This document shows positions 58,547 through 64,000 of a stretch of DNA of 64,000 nucleotides, one piece after another (position 1 is the stretch's first letter; each line of letters starts with the position of its first letter). This DNA is from an uncultured bacterium. GTDB lineage: Bacteria; Patescibacteriota; Minisyncoccia; UBA6257; 2-01-FULL-56-20. The position numbers were made by a program, and so were the translations under genes. The stretch is taken from positions 70,433 to 134,432 of the forward strand of contig CAVOJZ010000002.1 of the NCBI GenBank assembly GCA_963696395.1. Reading direction: 5' to 3'. The notes below the pieces were generated by a model. It saw only the letters and a program-made list of their open reading frames with translations, was not told the DNA's origin and made no database searches.

Positions 58547-59296
58547 TTATCGTTTCGAAACGATGTTAATCATTTTCTCAAACTCGTCGGCCTTTAAACT
58601 TGCTCCGCCAATGAGAGCGCCATCAATTTCTCTTAATTGTACAAAATCGCCGACGTTCTTCCCATTAACCGAGCCTCCATAAAGCACTCGGCTACCGGTA
58701 TGTTTTTTAATGAATTGAGCGACGAGTTTTGCATCATTCGGCGAATCAGACCGTCCGGTGCCGATTGCCCAAATCGGTTCATAGGCCACAATAACTTCTT
58801 TTGCAGTTTTTGCACGCGGAACACCGGCAAGATCTTTCTTTAATTGATTTTTAATAAATTTTTCCGCAAATGCGCCGCCCCGCTTTCTCACGGTAAGCGG
58901 CTCCCCTACACATAAAATGATTTTCAATCTATCCTTCAAGGCCAGTTTTATTTTCTTATTGATCATCGCATCGGTTTCATGAAGCCATTTCCGCCGCTCG
59001 GAATGCCCGACGATCACATATTTTGTTCCAAGTTTTTTGAGCATCAGCGGTCCAACTTCACTTGTATATGGCCCTTTTTCCTCCCAAAAAACATCCTGAG
59101 CTCCAAAAGAAAAACCTTTCTTTGATTTTTGCTTTTTATATGCTTTTGCAATTTCCTCTATATAAATAAACGGCGGGCAAACCGAAACTTCGACTGCTCC
59201 ATGGCGGCCGGCATTAGCAATATCGTTAAAAAGCTTCAGCGCTTGCTTCTCCGTCTTTGGATTCTCTTTCCAATTCGCAACGAGCAGTTTAGGCAT
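58547..59296 (-). CDS. tpiA: Triosephosphate isomerase
   Basis: ANWK, GHSERR, AYEPIWAIGTG, YGGSV, GGASL. Confidence 0.97.
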   Translation of the reverse strand: MPKLLVANWKENPKTEKQALKLFNDIANAGRHGAVEVSVCPPFIYIEEIAKAYKKQKSKKGFSFGAQDVFWEEKGPYTSEVGPLMLKKLGTKYVIVGHSERRKWLHETDAMINKKIKLALKDRLKIILCVGEPLTVRKRGGAFAEKFIKNQLKKDLAGVPRAKTAKEVIVAYEPIWAIGTGRSDSPNDAKLVAQFIKKHTGSRVLYGGSVNGKNVGDFVQLREIDGALIGGASLKADEFEKMINIVSKR

Positions 59297-59317
59297 AGGA
59301 ATATTCTACCATCCACC

Positions 59318-59715
59318 GTAGCTCCAGGGGAATCTCACGTCGCTCACTTCGTTCACTCTCTGAGAACCCTCGGTTCTCAGCCTCTCTCCTACACGGGGAA
59401 ACCTTAGGTTTCCCCGACCCCTTTCCTCGTTCGATTCCTCCACGAGAAAACGAAAACAATTCTCTTCCTGCGAGAGGGTATGCCGGCCGCGCGAAGGCGC
59501 GGAGGCGTAGGACGTTTTCAGCAGAAAACGATCCGACCCTCTTGCAGGAAAAGAATTGTTGCCGTAGACCTCATCGGGGGACTTGTCGAACCTGGGAACA
59601 AATAATCACAGAACTGAAAAAACACTTTGGGTTGGGAATAGCGCCAGCTAACTAGGGCACTTTCTCAATCGTAGCGCAGAATCCCGGCCTTACAAGGCGG
59701 GGTTTTGTGCTACAA
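59318..59715. repeat. Cluster of nested inverted repeats and degenerate tRNA-end-like sites at the island junction
   Basis: tgagaacc/ggttctca; cggggaaacc/ggtttccccg; 25-bp stem 59456-59480/59536-59560; gtagcgcagaat/gttttgtgctac. Confidence 0.7.
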
Positions 59716-59770
59716 GCGGCAACTTTCCTCCCCTTTCTGTCCCCAATTCCGCTCCCTACCATGAACAGTA

Positions 59771-59905
59771 ATGAAAAAAATATCTGACATCCTCATCGAG
59801 TCTGCAGAAAAAGCCAAAGAGAAAAACGCCATGCCCACAGTGTCCGCCGTGCTCCCTGATGGCACGCTCGTCGAAATGCTTTACCGCCCAGAAGAACGCC
59901 GAAGG
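59771..59905 (+). pseudogene. N-terminal fragment of an unidentified protein
   Basis: Leaderless TACCAT promoter; about 45 protein-like codons, after which the coding signal moves to another frame. Confidence 0.35.
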
Positions 59906-59909
59906 TTCG

Positions 59910-60353
59910 ACCCGGCTTGTCGATTGGAGTACCAAAGACATACGCGGCGACAAGGAAACGGCAACGCTCGCCAAGCTCGAAGAGCTGCTCCGCCGCTTCG
60001 AGCCTGATGTGCTCGTCGTCGAGGACTGCGCCCACCCGTCGTCGCGACGCAGTGAACGGATCGCTCTACTCACCAAAGAAATGGTCGTGACTGCCAGGAA
60101 GCTCGGCGTCAAAGGCCACGCGCTTCCCATCGCCCATGTCTACCGGCACTTCGCCGAGAGTGGAGCCCGTACCAAGCACGAGATCGCGACGACCCTCGCC
60201 ATGCGGTTTCCGGGACTCCTACTGCGCCTCCCGCCGAAACGCAAACCATGGCAGAGCGAAGATAGTCGCTTGGGCATTTTCGATGCGGCAGCGCTCGGTA
60301 TCACCTATTATCTCCGCGAACGCAGCAAGACCGGACGCATCCGGGACTCATAA
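59910..60353 (+). pseudogene. 5'-truncated RuvC/RNase H-like fold protein
   Basis: PDVLVVED, TKHEIA and DAAAL resemble RuvC motifs; the first catalytic strand (xxxIDP) is missing. Confidence 0.45.
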
Positions 60354-60371
60354 CAGGCCACATTCCACATT

Positions 60372-60980
60372 TTGAACGTCCGCATCCGGGACCTCGTTGG
60401 ATATGACGGGATCTGGATAATTCCGAGCGAACTCACGCTCGGCTCAGCGATTGGCACCCAACATCGCTTTGGCAATGACCACGTGCCGTTCGGACGTTAC
60501 GATCTTGCTCCGGAGGAGGCCCTGAAGATTGAAGTCCATGCAAAGGCGTTCGAAGGAATTCACCCAACCCTCGAAATGGCAAGTCAACGCCTGGTGGACA
60601 GTTCGCGGAGAACCAAACCTCGCGACACGATTGTCGATGCGGTAATCGGACTTGAGACCATCCTGCTAGCAAGTACGGGTGACCGGACAGAACTGCGCTT
60701 CCGCTTCTCCTTGCATTATGCGTTGCTCTTTGCGAAAGCGGATCGAAAGACTGCATTTTTTACCGCCCGAGGTCTTTATGACCTCCGAAGCGCAATCGCC
60801 CACGGGAGCCAGTCCAAAGCTGAAGTCACAATCAATGGCAAGACATTGACGCTTGGCGATGCTGCAACCCTAGCCCGATCGGTTTTGCGAAAGACAATCG
60901 ACATCTTCATTCCTAACTCAACAAGCCCCGCTTTTACAAAGGATGAGTTCTGGACATCGAAGGAGCTCGGGATTGATTAA
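60372..60980 (+). CDS. Apea-like HEPN domain protein (probably 5'-truncated)
   Basis: DAVIGLETIL, ELRFRF, LYDLRSAIAHG (RxxxxH). Confidence 0.7.
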   Translation: MNVRIRDLVGYDGIWIIPSELTLGSAIGTQHRFGNDHVPFGRYDLAPEEALKIEVHAKAFEGIHPTLEMASQRLVDSSRRTKPRDTIVDAVIGLETILLASTGDRTELRFRFSLHYALLFAKADRKTAFFTARGLYDLRSAIAHGSQSKAEVTINGKTLTLGDAATLARSVLRKTIDIFIPNSTSPAFTKDEFWTSKELGID

Positions 60981-61074
60981 CGAGAAGACGTTAATTTTAT
61001 TTGTTGATACTCTTCACATCTATTACTTTGGCAACACCTCTCGTTGCGCCGTATAGCTCACATTCCGGCTGCTG

Positions 61075-61422
61075 CTACCACAGTCTGGCAATTGTTTTTA
61101 TCCAATTCGGGGTTTCGGCTTTAGTCCTATAAGAGGCGATTATAAATCGCCAGCCTATGACTAGTATCAGAGTCCCTGCCGTTGTCACAAGAAGGTAGAT
61201 CGTATTTGCGTTATTACTAAAATCATTTTGAATTCCTAGTACATTCGGGAGTCCGATCCCGATAATTATCCCCGCTAGTGCTAACATATGGCCCCATTGC
61301 CGGAGAATCGGTTGCTTGATTTCAGTACCCTCTCGCCCAAATCGAATAAGTTTTCCCATGTACAAGAATCCAACAACAAAAAACGTGGCAACCTCAAGTA
61401 ACAATATAATAATTACTATCAT
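61075..61422 (-). CDS. Three-TM protein, probable immunity protein of the RHS toxin
   Basis: ATGA overlap with the RHS stop codon; AT-rich. Confidence 0.55.
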   Translation of the reverse strand: MIVIIILLLEVATFFVVGFLYMGKLIRFGREGTEIKQPILRQWGHMLALAGIIIGIGLPNVLGIQNDFSNNANTIYLLVTTAGTLILVIGWRFIIASYRTKAETPNWIKTIARLW

Positions 61423-62300
61423 TGCTTTATTGGATTTATATAATTTGCAACACGGTCTAGTGTACCTCCAGTCCACTGTGCACCGTAAAATGTGATTTCT
61501 AACCCTCCCACAGCCGTGTCTACGAACCCAGGAGCTATGAGATTACCAGCCACTAGGGCAAGAGCAATCGTTGTTGCCGCTCCATCGCTCTCTCCAAAAG
61601 CGCCGTAGGAATCAAACCCTTTAGCCATTGCCTCCAGTCCGGTAGCAAGCTGATATCGTGCTATGAGTGCTACGTCAACGGGGCGCCCAGGCTGAATGAC
61701 CGAGGTAGGAGCAGCGCCCGGTGCAGAAACGATCGTCGGAGAAAGATTTGCCCCTGAGGAATTGCCCTGCTGCTGGTTTGCATTAGCGCTTCCATTGCCG
61801 CCAAGTATTATTGCGGCAATCGTCTTCTTATTGAACATACTCGTATCCTGCTCTCCGTTGAATGACGAATCATTCCGGAGAACGGTGGATTGAACGTTTC
61901 CGGTGCCTGCGAAATATCCTCCACCCCCTCCGCCGATAGATCCTTCGAGTTCGCCTATAATCTGCTCCAACCGATTGATAATCCCTTGAATCTGTTGCTG
62001 CAACGTCCCCTTTCCGCTCGGGTCTTTGAGTGTGATCGGGTTATCGAGCGCATAGGTATAGGCATTCAAGGACTGTGGATTCGTGAGATCGCCATTCTTG
62101 GGGCTCTTTAAGAACATCGGATCCTGACTCGTGAACTCGCCTTGTGCCGGGTTGTAATACCTTGCGTTTAAATAGTCGAGAGCGGGAGCGGCGTCATACT
62201 GCTGCCCAATAAAGTTTCTCTTCTCCCCGTTAAAGGACCCGACCGTAGTATCCACTCGCGCTTGACCATAAGGATAATAGTCGATAGTTTCCTGAGCCGT
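61419..62300 (-). pseudogene. Orphan RHS repeat-associated core with C-terminal toxin region
   Basis: DYYPYG, FIGQQYD, YLNARYYNP..G.F.SQDP, NAYTYALDNP..DPSG; no RHS repeats upstream of ~62300. Confidence 0.8.
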
Positions 62301-62826
62301 AACGGCGTGCACGACACCCTCTCCGCTTTCTGGCGGCTCGACAGGGCGATCGTAGGCGAGATTCGTGGCGACCCGTGGAGCGACCACCGGCGATATCGGC
62401 ATTTTTTCAACGGCCACGAGGACCACGCTCCCCCGCGAGGTTCGTAGGACGCCACGGAAGGAAATTACACTTCTTTCGACAGTCGCGGTCTTCATGGTCT
62501 TTCCACGATAATTTTAGCATTTTCGGCGCGATTCCGTTCCCTCGAAAATGGGACACTTCGGGACACGAAACGGCACCCTTAAAACCGTGTCCCGTTTTGA
62601 CGGCTCGCGACTTTTCGCACCTTGCGACATATGGCGAATCGGGAATGGGACAGTACACTGTCCCATGTACTTTTTTATCGCTTTTGGATTATCCTAACCT
62701 CCGTCTTCCGGTCGGGCGGCGTTGTGCGGCTGGCACGATAAAAACAAAAATATGAAAAGAAAAATGATGATAAAGGGGGAACGTGAGGAGAGAAATCCGA
62801 ACGCTTCTCGCGAAGCGGACGAAACG

Positions 62827-63816
62827 ATGGGTGCGGTACGGCGAATAGGCAGACCGAGAAAGTTCGCGGAGATGCCCGCGCCGATATCGGATGAAAGCTG
62901 GCGCGTGGCCGTGTCCCGCGAAATCGAAGAGAAAATCATCGCGCTCTACGCGAAAGGACTCACGACGCGAGACATCATGAATTACCTCCGCGACCACCAT
63001 CAAGTCGACGTGTCGCAAGCGACGATCTCGGCGATCACGGATAAAGTATATCCGCTGATGAAGGAATGGCAGACGAGGCCGCTGTCGTCCGTCTATGCGT
63101 TCATCTATTTGGACGGCTTGCGCTTCAAAGTGCGCGAGGCAGGAAAAATCGTAAACAAATGCGCGTACATAATCCTCGGCATCAATGACCAAGGATACAA
63201 GGACGTGCTCGGCATCTGGGTGAGCGAAACCGAGTCGGCGAAATTCTGGATGGGAATTCTGAACGAATTGAAAAATCGCGGCGTCGAAGAAATCCTCATC
63301 GCGTGCATCGACGGGTTGCGAGGATTCACGGATGCGGTGAAAGCCATCTATCCCGACACCGAAGTCCAACGATGCATCGTCCATCAAATTCGGCACACGA
63401 TTAAGTTCATGCCGATAAAGGATCGCGATGCTTTCTGCCGGGATCTGAAAAGCGTCTACAGCGCGCCGACGGAGGAAGCCGGGCGCGAAGCGTTGGAAGT
63501 CGTGAAGCAGAAATGGCCGCGCTACCAGCCGTATCTCAAATCGTGGGAGGACAAATGGGCGGAGCTGTCCCCTTTCTTCAACTATCCCGATGGGATCAAA
63601 AAAGCGGTCTACACCACAAACGCGATCGAATCGCTCAACGCGCAGTTCCGCAAGGTGACGAAGACCACGCTGATGTTCCCGCATGACGAAGCATTGGAAA
63701 AATTGCTCTGGCTCGCGCAGGACAATATCGCGAAGCGGTGGACGAAACCGATTCGAACATGGGGCGAAGCGGTGCCGCAACTCGCGATCCTGTTTCCGGA
63801 CAAGCTGAAACTCTAA
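62827..63816 (+). mobile_element. IS256-family transposase with atypical short N-terminus
   Basis: LYAKGLTTRDI, IYLDG, ACIDGL, QRCIVH, YTTNAIES; start uncertain (62722-62872). Confidence 0.9.
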
Positions 63817-64000
63817 AGAAAAAATAACATACCAACCGCTGACCGCACGATTGCCGCTCGCCGGAGACGAAAATCGCAACGCACACCACCGCAGCGGTGT
63901 CGGTGACATGGTACAATAAATAAATATGAAGTGGCTCATTAACGCGCGATGATGCGGAACGCGGAATTCACATTTACGAATGATAAGCTCATACGGACCG

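Noticed and set aside
62300-62495. N-terminal 65 aa of the 358-aa RHS ORF as real protein
   Set aside because: GC-rich sequence unlike RHS repeats; looks like unrelated DNA joined at a breakpoint
62689-63939. 416-aa minus-strand ORF
   Set aside because: Antisense shadow of the IS256 transposase

Overview
Gene-dense, mostly minus-strand window that reads as a Patescibacteria (CPR, probably Parcubacteria) chromosome in genetic code 11. This assignment is inferred from gene content, leaderless TGnTATAAT promoters and S/T-rich surface proteins. Left (0.7-14.9 kb): an eight-gene surface-assembly cluster with two membrane-anchored cohesin proteins, an FN3-dockerin protein, a CscA/WxLIP-like anchor, a small and a large (DUF2341/LamG lectin) subunit sharing a WxL-like C-terminal module, an O-antigen-ligase/TPR protein and a 1.15k-aa fibre with an autoproteolytic chaperone domain. 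Next come sodA, tRNA-Gln and an accessory tract whose genes are separated by repeated tRNA-T-arm-like sites, then a metzincin, an IS481-like element and lexA. A ~335-nt non-coding segment directly upstream of lexA has the ordered P3/P4/P7/P9 core of a group I intron but no recognisable host gene; this is the top finding. The rest holds three ECF sigma/anti-sigma loci, Dsb genes, two efflux operons, three GH130 domains, pgi/pmi, a zwf-gnd fusion, secA, an unannotated 23-aa Lys-rich peptide, hpf, murB and tpiA. A decayed island at the right end contains structured DNA, RuvC-like and HEPN fragments, an orphan RHS toxin-immunity pair and an IS256 transposase. All family calls come from motif recognition by eye; no searches were run.
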